A DNA stretch of 64,000 bases from Candidatus Liptonbacteria bacterium (GCA_016204355.1 JACQKT010000016.1:47269-111268), one strand, 5' to 3'; numbered from the stretch's first letter, positions 46,191 to 56,216 are shown. Program-made: numbers and translations. The notes: a model not told the origin generated them from the letters alone.

Positions 46191-46203
46191 TAATCCGAAG
46201 TTA

Positions 46204-47148
46204 TTACAGCGTTTCAAGAGTTCTTCCTATTCCTTCTTCGAATTTTATTTTCGGCTTCCAGCCGAGAATTTTTGTCGCGCGGCCGCTGTCGAGAGCAATT
46301 TGATAAATTTCCCCTTTGCGGTAAGACGCATAACGAGGCGTGTCAACGGGTCCTTTCTCTTTTATTTTTTCGACAAACGAAATTTCTTTTTTAATAGTAT
46401 CGAATACTTTCTTGTCCGTTATTTTTTTACCCCATCCGAGATTCAATATTTCGTTTACGCCTTTTTTCAGTCCAAGAATGTTTGCTTGGGCTATGTCTTC
46501 AATATAGGTATAATCGCGCGCCTTGCTACCGTCGCCGAAGATTGTCGGTTTAATGCCTTTTTTCATCAATCTTGCGAAAATCGGGATAACGTGGCTGATA
46601 TCCCTTGGGCCATACACGTTTGGATAGCGGAAAATTAAGTACTCAAATCCAAAAGATTTGCCGTAAAATTTCACTGTTTCCTCTCCGAGAAATTTGGAAA
46701 GCCCGTATGGAGATATAGGCGCAAGTGCGATACTTTCGTGGACTGGAATTTTTTTCGGCTGGCCATAAATTGTTCCGCCGCTTGAAGCGAATATGAACTT
46801 TTTCCTGTAGCCCGCCGATCCACTGCCATATTCCCCGAACGTAAGAAGAAGATTGACGGTGCCGATAAGGTTGGTTTCGTACGTCAGAATTTGATTGTCG
46901 ATGGACGACATGACCAAGGAAACAGCCGCATGATGATTTACCATCGTTGGTTTCTCGTGTTTGAAAATTTTTTCCATCTCCGGAAAGTTTCTGATATCAG
47001 ATTTGTAAAATTTCGCTTTCGGATTTAGATTTTTTCTGAAGCCGGTCGAGAGATTGTCCACAACGATCACTTTGTGCCCCGCTTTAACGTAGTCGTCGAC
47101 AATGTGAGAAGCTATAAATCCCGCTCCGCCAGTAACAAGTATTTTCAT
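46204..47148 (-). CDS. NAD-dependent epimerase/dehydratase (GalE/UDP-sugar epimerase-like)
   Basis: ILVTGGAGFIASH, YGLSK. Confidence 0.7.
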   Translation of the reverse strand: MKILVTGGAGFIASHIVDDYVKAGHKVIVVDNLSTGFRKNLNPKAKFYKSDIRNFPEMEKIFKHEKPTMVNHHAAVSLVMSSIDNQILTYETNLIGTVNLLLTFGEYGSGSAGYRKKFIFASSGGTIYGQPKKIPVHESIALAPISPYGLSKFLGEETVKFYGKSFGFEYLIFRYPNVYGPRDISHVIPIFARLMKKGIKPTIFGDGSKARDYTYIEDIAQANILGLKKGVNEILNLGWGKKITDKKVFDTIKKEISFVEKIKEKGPVDTPRYASYRKGEIYQIALDSGRATKILGWKPKIKFEEGIGRTLETL

Positions 47149-47202
47149 AATGATATTTCTTGCATTATACTATAAGCATGCCAACGTCGAAATTCAATGT
47201 GA

Positions 47203-47748
47203 TTATTCAACCATAGGCGGAAAATCAAAACATTCATAGTTCTTTTTTGAGCTACCATCTATGGTAACGATTTCGAATTCTGATTGTAGCTTCTTAAGTC
47301 TTTCTATTTGATCTTGGGCATGCTTTTTAACAATTGCCAAAGTCCGTTCGCTGTTCCACCAGCGCTTTTTCTGTTGCCGCTCATAAGTTTCTCTGGAGGC
47401 CGTGTTTATGAAAATAGTTCTATGTTTGCAACGGGGCAGGGCCGTTTTTACCGCCCTTAGTCTGTCTTCATCCAAATCGATGTTTTGCCCTTTTATTAAA
47501 ATGACCGAGTTCGGTTTATCCGCCAGTTTTACAATAACCGCAGGCAAATCCCCCCGCCTCTCTTCATTTCCATCGCCCTCTGCCTGAACGACCCAATTGA
47601 TGCTCTCCATGCAGGGAATTATTTCTTTTCCGGTCCATCCGAGTCCACGCAAAACATCGGCCGGTTTTTTCTCGGAGATAGTTTTTATAAAAGTTTCTTT
47701 TCCTGCACTGCTGTTGCCGTATACCCAAACAATTTCAGTTCCATCCAT
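47203..47748 (-). CDS. P-loop NTPase/small kinase-like protein of unknown specificity
   Basis: Walker A VYGNSSAGKET; GDGNEERRGD and LDEDRL acidic stretches; 181 aa. Confidence 0.4.
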   Translation of the reverse strand: MDGTEIVWVYGNSSAGKETFIKTISEKKPADVLRGLGWTGKEIIPCMESINWVVQAEGDGNEERRGDLPAVIVKLADKPNSVILIKGQNIDLDEDRLRAVKTALPRCKHRTIFINTASRETYERQQKKRWWNSERTLAIVKKHAQDQIERLKKLQSEFEIVTIDGSSKKNYECFDFPPMVE

Positions 47749-47757
47749 TTGACTAAC

Positions 47758-48741
47758 TTATTTCTGTGGGTCTTTTCTGGAGAGCAGGGCGTCTGCCGGA
47801 GAGAAACGGTAATCAAAACCAGTTGATTTTATTTTTGAACCGTCCACGTTTATCGGATAGACAAGCCCGGCCGAGGAATCCGGATGAGTCGGTATCCTTC
47901 CTAAGGTCAGATTCCACGCGAGCCAAAAAAGCGGGCGCACGAACGATTTAGGAATTTTTATAACGATTTTTCCGAGAAGTTCCGCCATTTCGCGGGCTGT
48001 AAGAAAAGAAGGCGGAGCGAAGTTATATATTTCTTCCGATCCTTTTTTGCCGGGGGAGTTGATTAATTTGATTATTGCTCCGGCAACATCTTCTTCATGA
48101 ACGAATTGCCTCGCCCACGCGGGGTCGGTTTCTATCACGAACGGAAGAATTTTTCTGACGAAAGATATCAAGCTTATCGATTTGCTTTTGAGACTTTGTC
48201 CGATTGGACCGGTAACGCTGCCCAGCCGCAGAATCACCGTTTCTGTTTCGGGATTCTTTTCGGAAGTAATCTTTAAAAGCATTTCTTCAACTTCTTTTTT
48301 CTGAAGCCCGTAGGGTGATTTGTTTTCTCTAAGCGGAAAATTTTCTTTCAGCAAGACCCCGACATTTTCTTCCAATGCGCCGTAAGCGGCGACGCTGCTC
48401 GAATATATCAGCCTTGGGATTTTGTTTTCAAACGCGAAATCGAATAGATTCCGGCAGTTTGCGAAATTTTCTTCGGCGGTTTCCCGGACTTTCCCGTAAG
48501 GGCTTCTTATCTTGAAAGCGAGATGGATAATGACGTCGAACGGGCCGTGCTCTAGGGCTTCTTCTTCCCATCCTGGTTCCGCAAGGTTATGTTTTATCCA
48601 GAAAAGCTTTCTGTTTTCCATACCTTGCGGTTGAGACAGAAGGTCTATTCCGACTATTTTTTCTACGTTTTCTTCCTCAAAAAGTTTTCCAAGAAGGACG
48701 CGCGCTATATACCCCGCGCTTCCCGTCAATAGTATTTTCAT
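47758..48741 (-). CDS. NAD-dependent epimerase/dehydratase family protein
   Basis: Start at MKILLTGSAGYIA; SPYGLQK YxxxK. Confidence 0.65.
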   Translation of the reverse strand: MKILLTGSAGYIARVLLGKLFEEENVEKIVGIDLLSQPQGMENRKLFWIKHNLAEPGWEEEALEHGPFDVIIHLAFKIRSPYGKVRETAEENFANCRNLFDFAFENKIPRLIYSSSVAAYGALEENVGVLLKENFPLRENKSPYGLQKKEVEEMLLKITSEKNPETETVILRLGSVTGPIGQSLKSKSISLISFVRKILPFVIETDPAWARQFVHEEDVAGAIIKLINSPGKKGSEEIYNFAPPSFLTAREMAELLGKIVIKIPKSFVRPLFWLAWNLTLGRIPTHPDSSAGLVYPINVDGSKIKSTGFDYRFSPADALLSRKDPQK

Positions 48742-48748
48742 TTTTGTT

Positions 48749-50083
48749 TCAGCGGCCCTGTGCCGTAAAAAGCACTTTAACCGTTTTGGCGATGATTGCA
48801 ATGTCCAGTGCTATAGACCTGTTTTTTATGTAATAGAGATCATAGGCAAGGCGTTCTTTCGTTTGCTCAAGAGACGCGGTAATAGGATATTTCGTTTGCG
48901 CCCAACCCGTAACCCCGGGACGCACGAGCGTTCTTACGGAGTAATAAGGAATAGTTTTTTCGAGTCCATGGTAGAAATCCAAGAAATCAGGCCTGGGGCC
49001 AACAAAGGAAATGTCTCCTTTGATTATATTTATAAGCTGGGGAAGCTCGTCCAAGTGTGTTTTTCTAAGCAATTTCCCGATGACGGTTATTCTTTTGTCA
49101 TTTTCTTCGGGCCAGGCGTGCGCTTCGCTTACTTTCATTGTTCTGAATTTGTATATTATGAATTCTTTTTTGTTTCTTCCAACCCGCGCCTGTTTGTATA
49201 TAGCGGGCCCAGGCGAAGAAATTTTTACAAGAAGCGCTATGAGTATTTCAAGCGGAAGAAGAATTACGCCTAAAGCCGCCGCCAAAATAAACTCAATTGC
49301 CCTTTTCAGGTTGTCGTAGAATTTGTCCTTTTCCACAATCTCGTCCAGAAACCATTCTTCGCTTACTTCGTCCAGCGGAACTTTTTGGAAAATTATTTCA
49401 TAAAAAGCGGGCAAATCTATGACATCAATGCCCAGCGTAAGAAGACTGTAAAATACTTTTGCCGCCCCTGGTTCGCTTTTGAAATATCTCGGGATTACGA
49501 TCAGGTTTATTTTGTTATTGTGGACAAGCCTTTTCCAATCGTCGATTTCTTTTAGGGAAGAGTTCTCCTTGCCATCAAGCCAGATCGTAAGTTCATAGCC
49601 GAGCTGGGAATTTTCTCTTATAAGTTCGGAAATTTCCCGCGCCGCCCGGCTTGAGCCGACTACGGCAATTTTCGTTTTGGCCTGGAATTCAGCCGTGAAC
49701 TTGTTGAAAGAGCGGCGCCAAACGGTTTCAAGCGCCGTAAAAATAATTATGAATATCAATAAATTCGTTTTCGGAGTAATTCCGAAATAGGGGATCAAAT
49801 AGAAGAAGGTCATTGATAGAAAAGCATTTACCGCTATGGCAAGCCAAAGCGTTTTCAAAAAATCGATATTGTTGCGCAATCGTTTTGGGTCATAAAGTCC
49901 GGAAACGTAAAAAACGATCAGCCAAAGCACAAAAACTGCGCTGAACGGCATCAGGTGACTGTCTATAAATCTGTCGAAATCCGAGCCATACCGAAAAATA
50001 AGAGTCAAAAACAAACTCAAGTAGAGCGCCAGAACATCCCCGATCAAGATAAAAAAAATTTTTACTTTATTGTCTGTTTTCAT
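48749..50083 (-). CDS. wbaP: Undecaprenyl-phosphate hexose-1-phosphate transferase (WbaP/CpsE-type initiating sugar transferase)
   Basis: N-terminal TM block; C-terminal PGPAIYKQARVGRN...FIIYKFRTM...DELPQL...ISFVGPRP motifs. Confidence 0.85.
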   Translation of the reverse strand: MKTDNKVKIFFILIGDVLALYLSLFLTLIFRYGSDFDRFIDSHLMPFSAVFVLWLIVFYVSGLYDPKRLRNNIDFLKTLWLAIAVNAFLSMTFFYLIPYFGITPKTNLLIFIIIFTALETVWRRSFNKFTAEFQAKTKIAVVGSSRAAREISELIRENSQLGYELTIWLDGKENSSLKEIDDWKRLVHNNKINLIVIPRYFKSEPGAAKVFYSLLTLGIDVIDLPAFYEIIFQKVPLDEVSEEWFLDEIVEKDKFYDNLKRAIEFILAAALGVILLPLEILIALLVKISSPGPAIYKQARVGRNKKEFIIYKFRTMKVSEAHAWPEENDKRITVIGKLLRKTHLDELPQLINIIKGDISFVGPRPDFLDFYHGLEKTIPYYSVRTLVRPGVTGWAQTKYPITASLEQTKERLAYDLYYIKNRSIALDIAIIAKTVKVLFTAQGR

Positions 50084-50663
50084 GTGGTTTGATTTTACTC
50101 ACAATAAAATGGTGTTCCAGCCGGTAATGCGGTTTCCACCAAAGAACGTAAAAATTGGCCAGCACGAAAGCAACAGCCCATATCACCGATGTCCAATAAT
50201 CGTATCCCCACAGAACTCCTATAACAGCCGCAAAGCAGAACAATGTGCCGAGTCCGTCAATCCGTATTTTCATGTAAAGAAGTTTCGAGTATCCCGCCAG
50301 CCGCGTCAAGAACACGTATTTAAGCGTAGCTATAATAAAAAGCAAAGTCGAAATAATCGTAAAATTGAGAACAGAGTTCAAATTGAACGTTAAAAGAAGC
50401 ATGCACGCTCCGAGCGCAGCGTCGACCAACTGCTGGCCGGGATGTTCTTTCGGAGTTATGCTCGCGAACGAACGCACGGAAAAGTAGGTATTTGTAAGCA
50501 GGGTTGCATAAAAAATAACCAGCGGCCACGATTTTTCCCAGTCTGCGACGTAATTCAGCGACACGAGAAAAATTATCGCGAATGCAGCCGTAACTGCGGC
50601 TGCGCGGCGGCGCGCATAAGGAGTGAATCCCGCGCCGATATTAGATAAAGGATTTATTTCCAT
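50067..50663 (-). CDS. Hypothetical polytopic membrane protein
   Basis: 5-6 predicted TM helices; 17-nt overlap with wbaP. Confidence 0.4.
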   Translation of the reverse strand: MEINPLSNIGAGFTPYARRRAAAVTAAFAIIFLVSLNYVADWEKSWPLVIFYATLLTNTYFSVRSFASITPKEHPGQQLVDAALGACMLLLTFNLNSVLNFTIISTLLFIIATLKYVFLTRLAGYSKLLYMKIRIDGLGTLFCFAAVIGVLWGYDYWTSVIWAVAFVLANFYVLWWKPHYRLEHHFIVSKIKPHENRQ

Positions 50664-50737
50664 AAAAACATCCTCGAAATACTTTTCGTACTATAAGTAC
50701 ATATGTAAATTCAATATTACGTCGGCGCAGGACAAGT

Positions 50738-51451
50738 TTACCTGACATCTTGATAATGCTCGGTGAACGGCTTTTTAAAAATAACCCCCCAAACAAAGTT
50801 GATTGCGTACACCAAATATGTTTTTAAAACACCTTCTTTCATTAGGCGTCGGCCGGAGCCATAGACGAAAAAATTCATCCGGAAAACAACCTTGCCCACC
50901 CTATGCAGTCTTCTGGCGATATCGGTGTCTTCCCCATAAAATTTTATGTTTGTGTTAAAACCTCCTATTTTTTCGATGGCGTCCCGACGGGCCACAAAAT
51001 TGCCTCCGAGTATCATATAGCCCACCAGCCGGTAAGTAATAGGCGCGAACCACCAGCCGCCATCAGCCAGAAATTTTTTGAATCTTGGTATGCCGTAGTA
51101 ATACCGGGGGCCGCTGAGGGCGACAACAGACGGATTTTCAAATTCGGAAAGAGCTATTTTTAGCCAGCCATCTTTCAGGACACAATCGGCATCGATATAC
51201 GCCAGTAAATCGCCCGCCGCTTCTTTAAGTCCTCTTTGCCTGGCGTATGTCAGGCCTTTGTTAGGCTCATTGACGACGTGGATACCCTTGTACTTTCGAG
51301 CGATTTCGTCAGTACGGTCTGTGGAAGCGTTGTTGACAACGATTATCTCCGCTTCACGGGGATTTTCCCCCAGTTCTTTCTGGATGGAAGCGATGCAATT
51401 GCCGACGTAGTTTTCTTCGTTATAAGCAGGGATTACGAAGCTGATGCGCAT
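50738..51451 (-). CDS. Glycosyltransferase family 2
   Basis: ISFVIPAYNEE...VVNNASTDRT...YIDADC. Confidence 0.8.
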   Translation of the reverse strand: MRISFVIPAYNEENYVGNCIASIQKELGENPREAEIIVVNNASTDRTDEIARKYKGIHVVNEPNKGLTYARQRGLKEAAGDLLAYIDADCVLKDGWLKIALSEFENPSVVALSGPRYYYGIPRFKKFLADGGWWFAPITYRLVGYMILGGNFVARRDAIEKIGGFNTNIKFYGEDTDIARRLHRVGKVVFRMNFFVYGSGRRLMKEGVLKTYLVYAINFVWGVIFKKPFTEHYQDVR

Positions 51452-52647
51452 TATTTTCTACGGTGATTATTATACTCCCTTATCGCTTTTTCGTAAATTT
51501 TTTCCCACTCTTTCGCGATGCTTTCAGAACCGAAATTCAACGCGAATTTTCTTGCGCCTGCGCCGAGTTTTTTTCTCGCTTCGGGATTTTTGAAAAGGAA
51601 AATTATTTTTTGAGCAAGGGCTTCGGGATTATCCGATTCTACCAATATTCCATTGTTCTTTCTTATGTATTCAGGCAGCGCCCTGGCCTTTACTCCTATC
51701 ACCGGCAAACCGGATGCCATTGCCTGCATCATAACCATGCTTTGCGTATCGGAAGTGCTTGTTATCGCAAAAATTTCCGACGCGTTATAGACTTCCGCAA
51801 GAACCGGTTTCCCCAAAAACCCCATGAATTTGACGGAAGCGCTGATTCCAAGTTTGGCGGCAAGCGATTTCAGATCGTTTTCCGCGCTGCCGTGGCCGGC
51901 AACGGCCAGTTCCGCTTTGGAAAATTCTTTTTTTACGAGGGGCATGGCTTTTATTATCACCTCGATTTTTCTTTCCGGTGAAAAGCGGCCCGCATGCACA
52001 ACAGTGCAGCCGGAGAAGCCGAATTTTTTTCTGAGCCAGTTTTTATTCGGAAGCGGAGAAAATGTTTGTATATCAAGCGGATTGGAAATAACGTGTGATT
52101 CTTTTTCCAATCCGTAAAATTTCATTTCGTCTATGACTGAACGGGAAGGTGCAGTTATCAAGTCGCATTTGCCGTAATACCAATTGACGTAGCGGAGTAT
52201 TTTGTTTTCCGCCCATTCGCCCTTGAGCGGGCTGTACTTCATAAATTCTTTTATTGCTGTGTGATTTGTTCCTATAAGCGGTTTTTTCAGGACTCTCGCG
52301 CACCATAGAGCTTCAAGTCCGGCCCCAAAAAAAAGCTGCGTATGAATGATGTCCGGATTGAATTTTTTGGCGTTGGAATATACGAAGGGGTGGGGAATTA
52401 TCGCGCGTCCCTGCCCGGTGCCGGTTGGATAAGGAACGGAGAATAATCTGACAATGCTTATGTCTCTGCCTAGGTCGATCTCCTGCGGCGGCAGACCTGT
52501 CTTGGCATAGTTTTTCCGAACGTAGCGCGGAACGTAAAAACGTATTTGATGCCCGCGGCCCGCCAGCTCCTTTGCGAGCGATATTATCGAGTCGGATATA
52601 CCCGATATTTCGGGGTAAAAATTGTCCGAAAAAATGGCGATTTTCAT
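51451..52647 (-). CDS. Glycosyltransferase family 4 (GT-B)
   Basis: Start at MKIAIFSDNFYPEISGIS; EAxxxG-type C-terminal motif QAMASGLPVIG. The upstream 64 codons of the ORF are intergenic. Confidence 0.8.
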   Translation of the reverse strand: MKIAIFSDNFYPEISGISDSIISLAKELAGRGHQIRFYVPRYVRKNYAKTGLPPQEIDLGRDISIVRLFSVPYPTGTGQGRAIIPHPFVYSNAKKFNPDIIHTQLFFGAGLEALWCARVLKKPLIGTNHTAIKEFMKYSPLKGEWAENKILRYVNWYYGKCDLITAPSRSVIDEMKFYGLEKESHVISNPLDIQTFSPLPNKNWLRKKFGFSGCTVVHAGRFSPERKIEVIIKAMPLVKKEFSKAELAVAGHGSAENDLKSLAAKLGISASVKFMGFLGKPVLAEVYNASEIFAITSTSDTQSMVMMQAMASGLPVIGVKARALPEYIRKNNGILVESDNPEALAQKIIFLFKNPEARKKLGAGARKFALNFGSESIAKEWEKIYEKAIREYNNHRRK

Positions 52648-52664
52648 AAGCGGCTGTATAATTA

Positions 52665-53618
52665 ATGCTAATGGAAAAGTTTGGGTTTGAAAACGAAGAA
52701 AATCGGCGGTCTTTTGAAGAACAATTTCGAGAAAGGGAAGCGATAAAAACCGACGGTGGCAAAGTCGATACGATTGATGTAGATCTTGGCTCTCCGGACA
52801 AAGTGCCGGTTCTGATGGCTCCGGCATGGGGATGTACAATGAACGTTTATGAAGCGGCTATTAAGCAACTTGCGGAAGAAAGTTCCGAGCCGGATGACAA
52901 AGGCAATAAAAAAGAAAAACGGAGAGTGATATCACTCGATTACGCGCGTTTCGGCGGCTCGGGAACTTCTCCTGCGGAAGCGGTTGAAGAGTATCCCGAG
53001 GAAGAAATAAGAAAAGCGAAAGCGATACTCGGCGTGCTAAAGGAAAAAGGCATCGAAAAAACCGACGCCATCACACACTCGGAGTCGGCAATAAACGTGA
53101 TTATGGCTGCGTTGGTCGAGCCGGAAAAATTCCGCAACATAGTTTTGTTCGCTCCGGCAGGGTTGATCGGCAAAGACACTTTTACTCGTCTGGTTAAAGG
53201 ATTTTCCGGCCAGTTCAAAGGGCGGGCCGGCGTGGAAAGCATGTCGACAATTCCAGTCACCGAAACCGAGAAAAAAGTCGGCGCGGTGGCCGGCAAGGAA
53301 GGCGCTAAATATTTCGCCAAAAATCCGCTGCGGGCGCTGAAAGAAGGTGTTGCGATATCCAACAGTCAGATACACGAGGCCCTAAGATACCTCCACGGGA
53401 AGGACATCGGCGTCTGCGTCATATCTGGAGTCGATGATCCGGTTTTTCCGATGAAACGGCTACAGAAGATTGTCAAAGCCGACATGCTTGACGGGTTTCT
53501 TTCCGTTCGCGGAGGACACGGCGCCGTAGGAGAACACCCGGAACATTACATTGAGGCTGCAAAAGGAATGCTTGCTGCCATGGAAAACAAGCAGGTGAAA
53601 AATTCTCTTGTCGGTTAA
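52665..53618 (+). CDS. Alpha/beta-hydrolase-fold protein (paralog of 62541-63548)
   Basis: ITHSESA nucleophile elbow, C-terminal GGHGAVGEHPE; shares the VLMAPAWG N-terminal block with the second copy. TATAAT at 52658-52663 directly precedes the ATG. Confidence 0.5.
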   Translation: MLMEKFGFENEENRRSFEEQFREREAIKTDGGKVDTIDVDLGSPDKVPVLMAPAWGCTMNVYEAAIKQLAEESSEPDDKGNKKEKRRVISLDYARFGGSGTSPAEAVEEYPEEEIRKAKAILGVLKEKGIEKTDAITHSESAINVIMAALVEPEKFRNIVLFAPAGLIGKDTFTRLVKGFSGQFKGRAGVESMSTIPVTETEKKVGAVAGKEGAKYFAKNPLRALKEGVAISNSQIHEALRYLHGKDIGVCVISGVDDPVFPMKRLQKIVKADMLDGFLSVRGGHGAVGEHPEHYIEAAKGMLAAMENKQVKNSLVG

Positions 53619-54337
53619 TCTCCTTCGAGTTCTTCGGCGACTTTTTCCGTAAGCTTTTTGTAAGCGTAATAAACCCCTGTGCCGACGACTATTGCAGCGA
53701 GTATCACATATCCCAGATTGTCCACATAAATCGATATCGAATCATAGGCTTCGCCGAAATAATATCCGATGGCGATGAAAATCACCGCCCTTACGAAAGC
53801 TATCAGAAAATTTATCAGGGAAAATTTTTTTACAGACATGCGCGTTGAGCCGACAAGCATCAGCCCTGGTACCGGAAGTATTGGCGCGAGTTTTATCGCG
53901 GTGAGTGTTTTCCCGGGATGGGAATGGATCAATCTTTCCAGCTTCTCCATTTTTTTCGTCGATATTCCGAAGCGGTGCCCGTATTTTTCAATCACGGCGA
54001 TTCTGCTGAAATATCCTACGGCGTATAAAATCAAATCAATGGCAAGTTCTCCGAAAACCGCTATTGAGAAAACCAGCCATATATTCAGATAACCGAGCGC
54101 CGAAGCGAAAGCGGCTGCAGATATTATTACCGGACCGAACATAAACATCCCGAGAAATGTCAGGAAATATCCTCCGGCAATTACCCATTGAAGCGCTCCC
54201 GAGAAAGAAATTGCTTCCGAGAGCGCGGCTCTGTTGGTTTTATAGAAATCAGAGTGGAAAACCGCCGCGGCGAACAATGTTATTGTCGCGGCAAGAATAA
54301 GAAAATATGCAATTTTCTTCATATTCTGCCTAATCAT
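53615..54337 (-). CDS. DedA/SNARE-associated (VTT-domain) family membrane protein
   Basis: Polytopic; G-rich re-entrant loop region FGELAIDLILYAVGY. Confidence 0.55.
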   Translation of the reverse strand: MIRQNMKKIAYFLILAATITLFAAAVFHSDFYKTNRAALSEAISFSGALQWVIAGGYFLTFLGMFMFGPVIISAAAFASALGYLNIWLVFSIAVFGELAIDLILYAVGYFSRIAVIEKYGHRFGISTKKMEKLERLIHSHPGKTLTAIKLAPILPVPGLMLVGSTRMSVKKFSLINFLIAFVRAVIFIAIGYYFGEAYDSISIYVDNLGYVILAAIVVGTGVYYAYKKLTEKVAEELEGD

Positions 54338-54428
54338 ACCAGTTTTACTGGGCCCAGTCCGTCCTGCGCGAATGGCTGTGGGATTTTGCCAAAACCAGCA
54401 GGTTTGATATTATTTTACTGATGAAGCG

Positions 54429-55079
54429 ATGATTAAAATGTTCAGCGAGCATGAAGGTTTTTGGACTAGTGAAAGGAAAAAATCTCTCTACGCGGGAGTT
54501 TTATTTTTAGCGGTTGCCCTTGTTGCTCAGCGCGCAGCAGGCAATTATTCGGCAAAAAGTGCCACAAATTTTGTCGGCGACATGTTTTTGGACAATATTC
54601 CGACGATAGACTTGGACTACATAATAGTCGACGGAGCTTTTTTGGTCACGGTTATCGGTGCGATAATCCTCGTATTGAGACCGAGATATCTTCTTTTTTC
54701 CCTGAAGGTTGTGTCCTTTTTCATAATTGTCAGATCTTTCTTTGTCAGCCTGACGCATCTCGGAATTTATCCGCACCAAATAACTCTCGGCACGGGAATA
54801 CTTGACCAGATTTACACACTTCTCAATCTCCAGGACGGATTCTTTTTTTCCGGCCACACGGGTTTGACATTCCTTGCGGCGCTGATTTTTTGGGACATAA
54901 AATTCTGGAGGTATTTTTTTCTCACGGTTTCATTTCTTTTTGGGGCGGCGGTTCTTTTGGCTCACGTTCATTACTCGATAGATGTTTTCGCGGCGCCTTT
55001 CATGACATACGCGATTTTCAAGTTTTGCGAACAGGAGCTTTTCCGGAAAGACTACGCTTTGATAAAAGAACGAACTTGA
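54429..55079 (+). CDS. PAP2-superfamily-like membrane protein
   Basis: FSGHTG and HVHYSIDV motifs resembling PAP2 boxes 2-3. Confidence 0.45.
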   Translation: MIKMFSEHEGFWTSERKKSLYAGVLFLAVALVAQRAAGNYSAKSATNFVGDMFLDNIPTIDLDYIIVDGAFLVTVIGAIILVLRPRYLLFSLKVVSFFIIVRSFFVSLTHLGIYPHQITLGTGILDQIYTLLNLQDGFFFSGHTGLTFLAALIFWDIKFWRYFFLTVSFLFGAAVLLAHVHYSIDVFAAPFMTYAIFKFCEQELFRKDYALIKERT

Positions 55080-55112
55080 CATGTTCCTATTCCCTTATAG
55101 AATTAACTTAAA

Positions 55113-55832
55113 GTGATGGAAACAGGAGAAACGGTCAAGAAGGAAAAAGATTATCTGCTGCCGGCTAGCATAATCGTGGCAGCAGTTTTAATTTCCGGAG
55201 CGATAATATACCTTGTAGGGTCCTCGAAAGGCGGAAATAATCAAGGCGGAGATTCCGGAACGATAAGCGATTCTCTGAAAAAAGAAACTCCACGCGATGT
55301 AATTCTCGGCGAACCAAATGCGCCGGTGACGATAATAGAATACGGTGACTACCAGTGTCCTTTCTGCTCGAGGTTTTTCGATACAACGGAAAGATCTATC
55401 CGTGAAAATTACGTAAAGCCTGGAAAAGCAAAAATGGTTTTCAGAAATTTCCAGTTTATTGGAGCAGAATCGGAACTCGCGGCACAGGCGGCGGAGTGCG
55501 CAAAAGATCAAGGAAGTTTCTGGGCTTACCATGACGCCATATACGCCGCGGAACTCAGGGATGGAAAAGAAAACAACGGAAATCTGAATAAAACTTTATT
55601 TGTGCAGATAGCTAACGACCTCAAACTGAATGTAAACGACTTTACCTCGTGCTACGACAGCGGAAAGTACGTGAACCAAGTTAAGGACGACACGTCCAGC
55701 GGAAGTTCTTTGGGAATAAATTCTACACCGACTCTTTTTGTAAACGGCCAGGTGGTGAAAGGAGCTCTCCCTTACGAACAATTCCAGCCGATAATCGAAA
55801 ACGCGCTAAAAGCGGCTACCCAATCTCAATAA
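55113..55832 (+). CDS. DsbA-family thiol:disulfide oxidoreductase, membrane-anchored
   Basis: N-terminal TM; CPFC active site; 239 aa. Confidence 0.8.
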   Translation: MMETGETVKKEKDYLLPASIIVAAVLISGAIIYLVGSSKGGNNQGGDSGTISDSLKKETPRDVILGEPNAPVTIIEYGDYQCPFCSRFFDTTERSIRENYVKPGKAKMVFRNFQFIGAESELAAQAAECAKDQGSFWAYHDAIYAAELRDGKENNGNLNKTLFVQIANDLKLNVNDFTSCYDSGKYVNQVKDDTSSGSSLGINSTPTLFVNGQVVKGALPYEQFQPIIENALKAATQSQ

Positions 55833-55937
55833 CATTATTTCTTTAGTTATGGATTTCAGGTGCGGCGTTACCCCGCAAGGGGACGATTTCGCCCGGGATT
55901 AAAATAAAAGGGCGAAAAACAAAGCAGAAAACAAACG

Positions 55938-56135
55938 ATGGCTTTTGATAACCAGGGAGGATTCAATCGTACGATGCACAAGGCGGGAGACGCAGATGGA
56001 TGCACCGGAGGATGGGCTTGCTCGAAATGTCAGACGTCAATAGAAGAACTTCCCTTCGCGCCGGATCCGAGCCGATTGGGGCAGCTTCTTTGCCGCGACT
56101 GTCACAGAGCGAGAAAGCAGTCTTTCGGACGATAA
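55938..56135 (+). CDS. Small Cys-rich (CxxC...CxxC zinc-ribbon-like) protein
   Basis: CTGGWACSKC...CRDCH; followed by its own terminator. Confidence 0.35.
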   Translation: MAFDNQGGFNRTMHKAGDADGCTGGWACSKCQTSIEELPFAPDPSRLGQLLCRDCHRARKQSFGR

Positions 56136-56163
56136 CTTTAATATAGTTATTGCGGTATGAATT

Positions 56164-56190
56164 TTAAAACCCTGCTAATAGCGGGGTTTT
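56164..56190 (+). terminator. Intrinsic terminator
   Basis: AAAACCCTGC-taata-GCGGGGTTTT then TAAAAT. Confidence 0.6.
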
Positions 56191-56216
56191 AAAATGCCGG
56201 TTCGGGTTGGGGATTT

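Noticed and set aside
51451-52839. Long 462-aa reading of the GT4 ORF
   Set aside because: The N-terminal 64 codons are intergenic-like. The GT4 N-terminus MKIAIFSDNFYPEISG marks the true start at 52647.
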